DNA from: Macrostomum lignano
Lineage: Eukaryota
Direction of reading: 5' to 3'
Length of the DNA: 64,000 nucleotides
Assembly: GCA_002269645.1 (NCBI GenBank)
Contig: NIVC01000941.1
Span: forward strand, 27,299-91,298
A model generated the notes under the pieces. It saw only the letters and a program-made list of their open reading frames with translations, made no database searches and had not been told where the DNA came from. A program made the position numbers and the translations under genes. Below, one piece after another: positions 37,860 to 48,779 of this stretch (positions are counted from its first letter, which is position 1; every line of letters starts with the position of its first letter).

Positions 37860-38000
37860 GCCCAGCCAACCTAGCCGGATTACAGCCGGGCAACCCCAGG
37901 GGGGCACAACAGTTGCATATATACACAGGACTGATTGGGGAATCGAACCTACGAACTTTGGCAAAAAAATCAGGTGCGCAACCGCTTCGCTACTAATTCG
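37860..38000 (-). mobile_element. tRNA-derived SINE head or degenerate tRNA pseudogene
   Basis: The minus strand has an A box TAGCGAAGCGG and a B box GGTTCGATTCC, but no intact cloverleaf. It sits in an insertion absent from the duplicated block. Confidence 0.45.
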
Positions 38001-38990
38001 CGGTAGTGGTGCTGATTAATAAATATTGATCGAATGGTTTGGCAAGTCTGGCGTTCAGCCAGTCAGGATCGAGTATCAGTTTGAAAATTAATCCGCATCA
38101 ATGCTGAGTTGTCATTTAAGCCCACAACAGCACTTGCTCAACAATATATTATCATCCGTTTAAATCCACCCAATCCAATGGGTGGATATCCATCCAATGC
38201 TTGAGATGACTTGCTTTGGTACTGCGCTCTATGCAAATTTCTAAGCAGAATAACATGGGCGTGTGACAAATTATCGTGGTCGTGTGACAGACTGAATGAA
38301 AAATTACCCTGTTTAAAAGGAAAAACCATAAGCCAGGCTCGGCCCAGCTTTATTTGTACATTGGCTGGCCAATCGCTGTTAGCGGGGCTGGAGTGCTTCC
38401 CGCCGCATTGTGTTTGGGGCGGGCCCGTCGTGCATTGGTCTGGGGTTGGATGCGCCGCCAACTGGGCGGGAGTGGGTTTCTGTGAGGGGGCATTTTTAGC
38501 CCCTGCGACCGCCTCGCTCTGTCCCGCTTCGCTGGCTTGCGTGCGTTTTTTCTGCTTTTAGTCACCCCCTTACTTGCAGTCTCTGCAATTTCTATTTTCT
38601 TTTCACTTTCGTTTATATTTTACTTTTCCAAATCGCTTACATTAGCAAATATACTGGTGTTTCGTATGTTGCCCATATAGGGCGTTAGGATGTTTTTCGT
38701 GCTCTGCAAGTGTTGTCCTCTGCTCTCTCCCTCCGGCCGATCCGTCAATGTAAATTTAACTTTCTACTCTTTGCCTCGAGCGCGCTCGTTTGTTTAGAGC
38801 GCTTTCAAGCTCACAACTCATTGCCAAGCAAGTTGCCAAACTTTGAGATCATTGGCGAAGCGGGTCGTGATGCCTTCAAAGATATCTAAGGGTATTCGGA
38901 AATCTAGGGCATGTTTACATATACGAGTATATGTAAGGTGATACGAAACTTGAAACTCACTAAAATTGAAGCTTCCCAGACAGCGCAACG

Positions 38991-41900
38991 ATGCGACATC
39001 TTACTGTTTTGCAGCTGGGCTTTCTCATTCTGATTGCAGGCTGTAGCGGAACGCAGGCTCAGAGCAACAACATTACACTGGGTTCGTTCAATCTTGTCTA
39101 CTAATGACTCTCCTTGGTCCAGTGCCACAGTCTGTTCAAATGCAGATGAAGCTCGTATTCAATAAATTTTAAGTTACCAAAAATTTGAGCAAAGAAATTC
39201 ATCATGCCGCATGTGCGCTACTAATGAATTCCTTTCAGCCCTATTGTGGAATGAGGAGGGCACAGCCGCGATGGCGAAGGACTTATTCGAAAAACATTTC
39301 CGACCGGCCATTCTCGAGGCCTGCCCGTCAGCGCCCGGCATCAATCAAACCTCCGTTAATTTTGTGGAGATCATTCACAACAAGCTTATGGACATCCCGG
39401 CTGCTATGACCAGTAAGAAGCATTTATTGCTTTTATTAATCTCTAAAATTTCTAAGGCTATAATAGAAAACATCTACGAACCCATTATGTTACTCGGTTA
39501 GAATCCGTTGAGATATGAGATGATGATAGTGCGTACCTTCGTCAGTTTACCTGTCAGGTAAAAAAAAAATTAAGAAGGCGACGGTAACTGCCGAATTAAT
39601 TCAAATATGAGCGACGTCGAACCTCATCGATGCAAGTTCGATACAATGTTAATCGATGGACTTAATTAATTCGAGTAGGCATAAATTTAAACTTAGATAA
39701 AAAATTATTCTCCAAACTCAGACTTTGCCAGCCTTGCCAACTGCTTGTTCATCGGTGCCCACACTGAAGTATCGATGGTGCCGCTGTTTGCTCAGGCCAA
39801 CTTGTCGACCGGCCTGACCTCGGGCTCTGTTGCTGCCCGCCGCTATCCTCGCATGCGGCTGCACAAGGTGGCGCCGATCCCAGTGCCGCTGGTCTCGGAC
39901 GGAGTGTTGCGATCGCTTGTAATGTCTCTTGGCGCCAGCGAAGCAAAGCAAAGCCGCCTCAGCATCATTCTTGGCACCGGCTACGAAGCATTTCATGTTG
40001 AATTTTTTGCTACAAAGTTTCCAGGCTCGGTTCAGCTCTACCGGCTTAAGCCGGGTGCAGAATACGACCTTATTACAAGGCTCCAATTTAAAACGACCGA
40101 AACCTTTCTGCTTGCATGCAAACCAGAAGAAGCCGAGGTTTTCCTTTCTGTGGCCTTCATAAATCGGCTTCTGCATCCAACTTATCGTTGGTTTCTGTTC
40201 AACATGGTGAGACTAGATACTTTGTCTAGAAACAGTTTTCATATGTAAGGTACTGTATTTTTGAGTAGGAAAAAATAGTAGGGAAAATTGAAGACGAGTA
40301 ATACCCGTAGTGCATTTCTATGATAGGAACTAAATAGACAGCTTAAATCTGTTTGAAAAAACTATATTACTCGTACATTACGCATTTTGTACGCATATTA
40401 GATTGACCTTGTATTTGTAGCTCCTGGTAGAGAGAAACAACTTCGGTGGCTACGTGATTGTGTCCAAGAATATCACATCAATGGAGTTCGGCCCAATATC
40501 CACTGCTATCAAAAACGGCCTAACTACGACGCGATCAGTTTACCTGTTTGATCTCTTGACTGTTTGGTCAGTTTACTTAAAAAACATTCTTTGTAACGAG
40601 GTGAGAGGCCACATTCGAGTTGTGCGAAATTTTATTAAGCTTTTTATGTCATTCAAAGCTTCAAAGTAATGGGATCATTAATAAATAGTTGTCATTAAAT
40701 AAATTCACTCAAAGAAACACATTCGCAATGCAGATTGACTGAAGAGATGCATGAAGCTATAAATATAGGCTTATTTCTACTGTGCTTCAATAGCATTGTT
40801 ATTCATCACGAATAGTTTCTTCACTTATTTTAGGCATCCAGAGTGAACAGAACTGTTGAAGGCCTGACCGGTTCTTTTAGCTTGGGCCCGGACGGCACGG
40901 TAACCAGGAAATTCTGGCGGATGCACTTTTACAAAGGACTCGGCGATCAGCGTGAACGGGTGAGGCCTCCATTGTTGCAGTGTTTTCTAATCGTGTCAAA
41001 CTTGTTGCGATTTTGTTTTTCTACGAGATCCTCTTTGAAATTGTACCCCAGCTCGGATATCGTGCTGGGATTTCTGACGCTTATCAATTTCAAAATGAAT
41101 TTCAAAAGCGTGTCACTCTCCCTAAGATCGGCAACTGGTCCAGTTCTGGAGACTTCTTCTTCCTCCCGGCAACGCCGAGAATACCGACTGATGAGGTGTT
41201 GAAGCAAGAGCTCAACTTGAACGTGTTCCGAGTAGTTACTGTACTGGTGGGTTTTCCAGAAACAGTTAACTCTTCCTTCAACAACTAGTTGAAGACGCTG
41301 CATAATTTCTCGTCTAACAAAACTACTTCTTCATTTCAGTCACCTCCGTTTGTGCAGTTCAGAAAGGGCTACGAGAATCGGACTGACGTACCGCTCTACA
41401 ACCGCCTAGAAGGGTTTGCGGTGGACATGTGCAAGAAGATACTGATGAAAATGTCGGTAAGTTTAAACTTTAACTTGTCGATAACTCTACCTTAACATTT
41501 TTGTGTAGAGGGTTTTAAACAGATTTTTAAAATGCAAATTCCCAGAAGACCAGTCACTATCCTAATCATATATTTCCCTCACTTCTTTAAATAAAAGGCC
41601 ACCAAAATATTGCGTTGAGGAGAGAAGATAGTGAAAACCAGTTCAAAGACGATAGGAAATGCGTCAGCTAGATAGTCAACTTACATGCTCTGCAATAATC
41701 GCGGTAAGAAACAACTGACCCCTTTCCTTCAGCTGAACTCCGTTGAATTCTTTCTACAACCTGATGGTATCTTCGGCTCCTACGATCCAGTCAAAGGATG
41801 GAGTGGCATGGTAGCCACTCTCATGCTAAATGATGCCGACATGGCCTGCGCTTCAATGTCCGACACGGAGCTGCGCCGTGGCGTTGTCAAATTTACGCAG

Positions 41901-43422
41901 CCCATCTTATTCAACCAACTGTCCATCCTGTACTCGAAGCCAGAGGTCAATCCAGTTGAGCTACTATTTGAGTTTCTCTCTCCGCTACACCTGTACACCT
42001 GGCTGGCCTTGCTCGGTTCCGGCTTCGCGTCGGGGCTGGTGCTGGCGGTGCTGCATCGAATTAGCAGGAACGAACAACGGCTCAGCTTGTACGAAGCGAT
42101 CTACGTCGCATTGGGCACGATGATCCAGGGCGTGAAGACAGCGACACCGGATCGTCCGTCTGCAAAGCTAGTGAGAAAAAAACCGTAGAAAATAAAGTGC
42201 ACCGTTTCTAACAAGCGCCAATACTGTAGGAGGCACGCACTCCTACTCACAATCAAAAAGGATTTACGGCGGCCCAGACTTTTCAATTGTCAGACATGTA
42301 GCTCGCACACTGTCTGTGCTTTGGGGGGTTGATCCTCATGGGTATGAATCGCACGGAACATTTGCAATTTTCGCGAAAAGCCGTAAATGAATGTGGCCAA
42401 ACATGGAATCCAACCAGGGTTCGTAGCGCGAGGGTCAGGGGTCGTACCGCTGAGCTTCTCTGCCTCCGAACAGTAGTTAATATTAGAGTAAATTTCTTTC
42501 TCGCATTCGATTTTGGCAGGTGACAGTGGTTTTCTGGCTGTTTGTGTTCCTCTTCTTGATTATCTATGTGTCCAACTATGCAGTCAAGCGGACCCTGAAG
42601 CACATCCAAACGGAGATCAGGGGACTGGAAAGCCTGCAAATACAGGAGGCGTATGAATACGGTACGCTGTACGACTCTGTGTACTTGGGCTTCATGAAGA
42701 AATCAATTGATCCGCTGGTGTCAACGACCTACCAGTACATCGCCGACAACCCGGAGCGCACTCAGCCGCGGAACATCAGCCAGGCACTTAGCCTCGTCAA
42801 TACTGGCAAATTTGCCTTCCTCTATAGCAACGTTTTGAATGAGTACTACGCTAAGATGGGTTGTGGCCTTAAAGTAGTGGGCAGCTTCGGACAAGAAACG
42901 ATGAATTTGGGTCTACCAAGCAGTATAGAATATGATGATTTGATCAATAAGATCATTGACCGACTAATCAGCAGTGGAGAGCGAGACCAGCTCTACAAAA
43001 AGTGAGTCGAATTCGCCTTTATTGAAGACGGAGACAGCTCAGGATTGAATCAGTACATAAAATCAGAGTTACCTTTTTCTAAATTCCTTGCTTGCAGGTA
43101 CGCAAATCCGCCCGAAAGCGATCTGCCTGACTGCACGAACAAGACTCTACCGTACGCCATTCGCGATTGGATTCCAAAAGAGTCTGAAAACGTTGGCACC
43201 CGACGAAGCGCTGTGAACCTCAACCACACACTCGGAATTACGATTATTAATTTGGTGGGCTGTCTGCTGACTCTACTGTTGGCTGCCCTGGAGTTGGCCT
43301 TTCAAACCTACAGGGAGCGACTGCGCAGGCTTCGGGATGACATGTTGAAGGACCTGAGCCTCCGCATGGAGTCTGCCAATGCAGCCGCATCTGGCGATGA
43401 TCTGATGGAGTCAAACGTTTAA
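38991..43422 (+). CDS. Divergent ionotropic glutamate receptor/IR-like subunit A1, join(38991..39081,39239..39412,39722..40206,40421..40600,40834..40959,41127..41246,41340..41456,41733..42170,42520..43001,43098..43422), 845 aa
   Basis: Signal peptide MRHLTVLQLGFLILIAG, ATD-sized N-terminus ending GLTGSF/IGNW, S1 (EGFAVDM, DGIFG, WSGMVATL, SMSDTELRRGVVKFTQP), M1, P-loop LGTMIQG, M3 YVSNYAV, S2 YGTL..GKFAFL..NEY, M4, C-terminal ESNV. Exon phases sum to 2538 nt. Confidence 0.85.
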
Positions 43423-44402
43423 TCCGTGTTGTATCGGACTGCAGTTTGATACGTCAGTTGAAAACAATTTTCCAACTGTGTCAGCGGTGGAGGGAAAACA
43501 AAAGTTGATTGATTGAAAAAACTTTTCATCATATTTAATTTCAATCAATCAACTCTCTTTAACAACTTTTGAATATTTACTCAGTCTATAATCAGTGTCC
43601 TTCAAAAGAATAACGTATCTGTACATGGTACAATGAGATGTAACCATCGTTAACTAAACTGGGAGTCAATCCCTACATATATAATTCCTGCAACAAGATG
43701 TCCAGTCGTGAGGCTCGAGTTAATTTTTCCAAAGGCGCAGCACGGAGAGCACGAGGAGCTTAGCTGATCTCAGTTCATCCAACAATATTCAGAGACCTAC
43801 GGAGTGTCAGAACGTGGCAGGTCAGCAGACACTCAACTGTGGTTGTCTCTGAACTTTTTGATCTAGCCATAAATTGCGCTATTCTTAACACCTTCATCTG
43901 ATTGGACTTTTCAGAGATGACCTGCAATTTAACCAGCTCGTATTCGTATTCTTTCATTCCTCCACCCCGGGAACAGCGGCAGGCACAAATATTTTCTATG
44001 CCTCATTTTTCGGCTAAAAAGTTAATTTCGAACGATACCAATCAACAAAGTACGGTAAATCAGCATTTAGAATTCCAACTTCTGCTCCTGAAAAACATTA
44101 TACCATTACGAGCGTATACGAGCTACTTTGTTCCAATTTTTTTTTTAAATTATGAAATATTCAATTAATACAGGTATTTACTGTAATACGTACTGTAATA
44201 TGTACTGTAATACAGTACTGTCAGGTATTTTTGTGTCCAATCGGCGTTTGCTGATTGGTTGTAAACACCCACCCCAAGTGCACCCCTCCGCCGTGAGGTT
44301 TATATCACCTAGCTTTACTCAGCCTGCCTCACCTTTCTCGCGCTGCATGAAATTTTTTTTATCGTACGGAGTAGCGTGAGTGCTGCCTAGGCTGCAACTG
44401 CA

Positions 44403-45476
44403 ATGGCCGAGATTTTAATTGACCAAATGACTGCAAGGCAGCTTAGAGACCGTCTACGCCAACTGGGACTGCCCAGTGGCGGTCGCAAGCGAGAGTTGCA
44501 AGTCAGACTGGAACAAGCCAGTTTCTCAAATCAAGCCAAGCGACGTGGACGGCCAACAGCCACTCACTCGAGCGAAATCGACCGAGTCAGCACCAGCAGC
44601 AGCGACGACGATGAGGAAGCGACCCTGGACGAGGCTGGCGCCCCGCAGGGCACCGACGATCTGGACCAGAGGATCGCCCGTCAGGAGAAGCTGCTTCGGC
44701 TGAGGACTCTTCAACGCCAGACTGCTGAGATCGAGGCTGAGCTGGAGAACAAGCCTGGCCAACAGAGCCGTAAGTTGCGGACCCCCTTGCCGATTGACCG
44801 GTCCCCTGCTGCCCATGAGCCGGAGCTGGGACTGCCAGACCTGGGCCCTCAAGGCCTCTACAGCACTTCTGCCAGGCCGTCGGGACCGTCAAAGCCCCTT
44901 CTGGTAAAGGACTTTATCAACCGTGATGGCGAGGAGCCTGCCTCTGGCGAGAAGTCCAGAGTCCGGACTGAGCAGATCTCGGCGGGTCAGTGGGTAGCAG
45001 GCAGCAACCGAATCCTGCTGAAACTCCTCGACGAGGGGTCCTTGGTCACCGTTAAGGATGGCGCGGTGGATCTTGAACAGCTGAAGGCCTACGTTCACTA
45101 CTGTGTACAGTTCGGCGAGTTTTTGCACCAGGGTTTCAGTCAGGCCGCCCTCAACTGTTACGATGAAGACTTCAGGATCCTGCAACATCAGTCTAGCGGC
45201 AGCTGGGAGCGGGAGTCGCTGCAGCTGCTATCCAAGCACATTCTGGCACCAAAGTCAAATCAGGGCGGCAACGCGATCTCCTAGCGCACCAATTTCAAGC
45301 CCAGTAGGCCAAAGCAGCAGCTGTCCGGCTTCGTCGGCCCGATCGATCCTGAGGGGCGGGAGCTGTGCGTGAAGTTCAACCGCAACGGCTGCCTACGGCG
45401 CGACTGCAAGTTCAGGCACATCTGCTCCGCCTGCTACGAGGCGCGCCCGCGCCAGTTCTGCACTTCAAAAAACTAG
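44403..45476 (+). CDS. ORF1 gag-like protein with N-terminal SAP domain and C-terminal Cys/His knuckle, interrupted by an in-frame TAG at 45282-45284
   Basis: MTARQLRDRLRQLGLPSGGRKRELQVRL fits the SAP consensus. After the TAG the same frame continues into CVKFNRNGCLRRDCKFRHICSAC..FC and stops at 45474-45476. Confidence 0.75.
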
Positions 45477-47200
45477 ATCGCGGCCGGCCGGGGGGCTCAA
45501 CTGGCAGCGCAGCTGCCCCGGCGGAAGCCAAAGTCGAACCCCCGCTGCCCTCCGGCTGGCCCTGTCCCAAGCCCCTCGAGTCCGTTGCTTTCTCATCCGA
45601 CCTCGCCACAGCCGCCTGGGAAGCTGAGCTGACTGACGATCCTGACCGCGAATTCCTGCTGAATGGCATCCGCAACGGTTTCCAACTCACCTGCCCTGAC
45701 CCGTCAGAAAGAGCCTCAACTATGTCAGAAACCCAGAACTACCTATCAGTCAACAGTTACCGGCAGCTGGTCGAGCAGCAGGTGCGAGAGGAAGTCCTTA
45801 ATGGCCGCTACGTTCAAGTCAGTAACAAACCGGAGGTCATCAGCGCCCTTGGCGCCATTCCGAAGGGTAACAACAAGATTCGACTCATCCACGACTGCTC
45901 TAACCCTCCGGGTCTCTCCCTAAACAGCCGATTTTCTTCCGACTACCGAATCAAGTTCGAGACCGTCAGTCACTTCACCGCCAAGCTGCAGCCCGGTTGG
46001 TTCATGGCCAAAGTCGACCTCGCCAATGCCTACCGGAGTGTCGGCATCAGCCCGCACGATTTTCGGCTCACCGGCTTGAAGTGGAAATTCAGCGACCAGC
46101 GCAGCGACTCGTACATCTGCGACACGCGGCTCCCCTTTGGCGCTGCTGCCTCCGTAGAAGTTTTCCACCGCCTGAGCCAGGCCGTCAAGCGCATGATGCA
46201 GAGACGGGGCTTCAACGATATCGGCAGTTATCTCGACGACTTCGCCATAGCAGCCTCCAGCAAGGACGACTGCCAGCTCGCTCTCGACACCCTGCTCAAT
46301 CTGCTGCGGAAGCTTGGCTTCTCCATCAACTGGAGAAAGGTGGTGGCACCGTGCACCAGACTGGTCTACCTGGGCGTCCTCATCGACACCGTCAGCGGCC
46401 TGCTGGAGCTTCCGAACGACAAGATCGACGCCACCAAGTCTCAGCTACAGTCCGCGCTCTCTCGCAAGCGCATCACCAAGCGCCAACTCCAATCGCTCTG
46501 TGGTTGCATCAACTGGGTCTGCCAGGTGGTCCGCATCGGGAGGTGCTTCCTGAGACCACTCCTGCTCGAGCTCAGCGACCTGAAGCAGCAGCGGCACAAA
46601 CTGCGCGTGCACAATGATCTCCGCGAGATCCTTAGCTGGTTGGACGCCTGCCTGGCCGCCTCCCCCAGCTGCAAAATCTGGCGTTCCCACGGGCCCAGCT
46701 GGGCCATCGAGTCCGACGCGTCCAATTGGGGCGGCTGCGGCATCATCCGCGGCCCAGGCATCACCAGCTGGCTCATCATGGACTGGCACTGCGACTCAAC
46801 CGAGATCGAGCCGCTGCACATCAACTTCAAGGAAAGTCTCGCGCCAGTGCTTACGGCCCTGCATTTCCAGCAGCAGCTGCAACCGGGCAGCCAGCTTGTG
46901 ATCTACTCTGACAGCACCGCCGCAGTCGGCGCCATCAACAAGGGCTCGTCGCCAAATCGGGTCGTCAACTCGGCTCTGCAACAGCTGATGCTCCTCGCTG
47001 CGCATCGCGACCTCTCCGTCCAGGCCTTCCACGTCCCTGGGACATTCCAGATCTTCGCTGATAGTGGCAGCCAAGCCGATGACATCAGAGAGCTGACAAA
47101 CTTCCTGCTCCGGCTCTTTGGCTCTGTTCACAACCTTAGCGAGCACACCCTCTCGCCAGCCACCTGCGAATTTCTCGCCGTACAGATCGCCCGCCTCAAG
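45474..47200 (+). CDS. ORF2 reverse transcriptase plus RNase H (end approximate; the open frame runs on to 47929 over the YR gene)
   Basis: RLIHDCS.P, KVDLANAYRSV, DTRLPFG, SYLDDF, YLGVLID (RT); ESDASNWG, HINFKES, YSDSTAAV, HVPG..FAD (DIRS-type RNase H). Confidence 0.9.
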
Positions 47201-48183
47201 TCCCGAGCGCGAACTTCAGCAAGCGCTACCGCGAGCTCTGCCACCTGGCCTTCGCTGAGACAACCGCGCGCTCTTACCGCTGCCAGATCGACTCCTGGAA
47301 GCGGTTCTGCAAGCAGATGCGCATCGACAGCACCAGACCGTCTCTGCAGCAGGTCGCGCACTACATCATCGCGCTGTCCGACCGCCTCTCCTCGCATGCC
47401 AGCGTCGGTGCGTACATTAACGCCGCAGACCTGCACTGCAAGCTCAAGACCGGCCGCGGCCTTCCTCGCGACCCCCGCATCGACCTGCTCCTCCGCGGTG
47501 TGCAGCGCAAACTCGCCAAGCCGCCGGTGCGCAAGGCGCCCATCACTCAGGGTGACCTCCTCAAACTGCGAGGAACCCTGCGCCTGCAGCAGCCTCAAGA
47601 TGCAGCCTTCTGGGCGGCGGTCCTGGTCGGATTCTGGGGCCTCCTGCGCCGCGCCAATCTGTGCTGCTCGAAACCGTTCCCACCAGCTGGCGAGGCGGTC
47701 ACCTGCGGCGACCTGCAAGTATCACCGGATCTGGCCATCCTGCACATTCGGCGCTCCAAGGCGAACCAGTTCCGCCAGCGAGTGCACCGCGTTGTCCTGC
47801 CGCGCCTGCGGCACGCGGCGCAGCACCCGCTCTGCCCGGTGGCAGCGCTGCTTCACCACCTGCGCATCAAACAGCCCGACCGCGCCGCTGCTGCCCACCT
47901 CTTCGCCTACCGAAGCAGCGGCGGCCTGACGCCTCTGACCGACACCCGGTTCTGTCGCCTGTTTCAGCACGTCGTCCACCGTGCCGGCCTGGCAGACCGG
48001 TCTCTGTCCCCTCACAGCCTTCGACGCGGCGGCGCCTCGCTGGCGTTCCGCGCCGGTGTGCCGCTGCCGGTCGTCAAGGCCCTGGGCGACTGGCGGAGCT
48101 CGGCGGTTGAGGTGTACCTGGGGCTGGAGAAGGGCTTCGACCTCCAGCTGGCGGCTGTTCGCAAACTGTCTCAATGCCTATAA
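47140..48183 (+). CDS. ORF3 tyrosine recombinase
   Basis: N-terminal AFAETTARSY..WKRFC, FWGLLRRANL (Arg), IRRSKANQ (Lys), CPV, HSLRRGGAS (HxxR), GDWRSSAVEVY (Trp/Tyr). The frame is open from 47140; the first ATG is at 47317. Confidence 0.9.
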   Translation, partial: RAHPLASHLRISRRTDRPPQVPSANFSKRYRELCHLAFAETTARSYRCQIDSWKRFCKQMRIDSTRPSLQQVAHYIIALSDRLSSHASVGAYINAADLHCKLKTGRGLPRDPRIDLLLRGVQRKLAKPPVRKAPITQGDLLKLRGTLRLQQPQDAAFWAAVLVGFWGLLRRANLCCSKPFPPAGEAVTCGDLQVSPDLAILHIRRSKANQFRQRVHRVVLPRLRHAAQHPLCPVAALLHHLRIKQPDRAAAAHLFAYRSSGGLTPLTDTRFCRLFQHVVHRAGLADRSLSPHSLRRGGASLAFRAGVPLPVVKALGDWRSSAVEVYLGLEKGFDLQLAAVRKLSQCL

Positions 48184-48779
48184 TTTTTCGTTTGCCTGCT
48201 CTGGGTAGAGGCTGGTGTGCTGTCTGCTCTCCTTTTCCTCTGGCTTGGACTCAAATGCTCTGATTTTTTTTCTTCTCAACTCGTGCACTTTTCTTATTTA
48301 GTATTTTATCTTTTTCTTGCAATGATGACGGTTGTTTTATCGATTTAGTGCTGTTTTAATGACTGTTTACTTTATTTTGCTTGCAAGCGTGTCCAGCATT
48401 CTGCGTGCCCCCCCCCCGTTTTTCTTTCACTATTTTCCCATCATTTTTCGGATTTTGGACCATCGTATCCACTCGCACTGTACTCGATACTCGCAAACAC
48501 TCGCGTCCGCCTTCCCTTCCCTTGGGGTGTGGTGTTTACAGAAAAAAAGATTTGAGAAAATTACTGGCTGACAGAAGCTTTTTGTCTCGGTTTTGAAAAT
48601 ATGAACTCTTAGTCGCAGTCGAATTGTGTATGGACATTAGTACTAAATTCTCTCTGGTGTGCACAGGAATTGCTGTGACAAGCACTAAAATGAAGGACTG
48701 AACTTAAGCCTCAGAGAGATCAACATTGCAACAGGCACCATTTATTTAGCTACACAAATTTCTTTATCCCGCTTGAATT

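Larger units (their letters stand above)
44260..48540 (+). mobile_element. Ngaro/DIRS-like tyrosine-recombinase retrotransposon
   Basis: Order gag-like ORF1, RT-RNaseH, YR. Bounded by 19/20-bp inverted repeats. Absent from the paralogous position (about 63570) of the duplicated block. No TSD seen. Confidence 0.9.

Noticed and set aside
47200-47929. C-terminal 240 aa of the 854-aa ORF overlapping the YR gene as a real dual-coding region
   Set aside because: It is low-complexity Ala/Ser/Arg/Pro-rich text expected from an alternative frame of GC-rich YR codons, with no motifs. DIRS1-type methyltransferase motifs were not seen.
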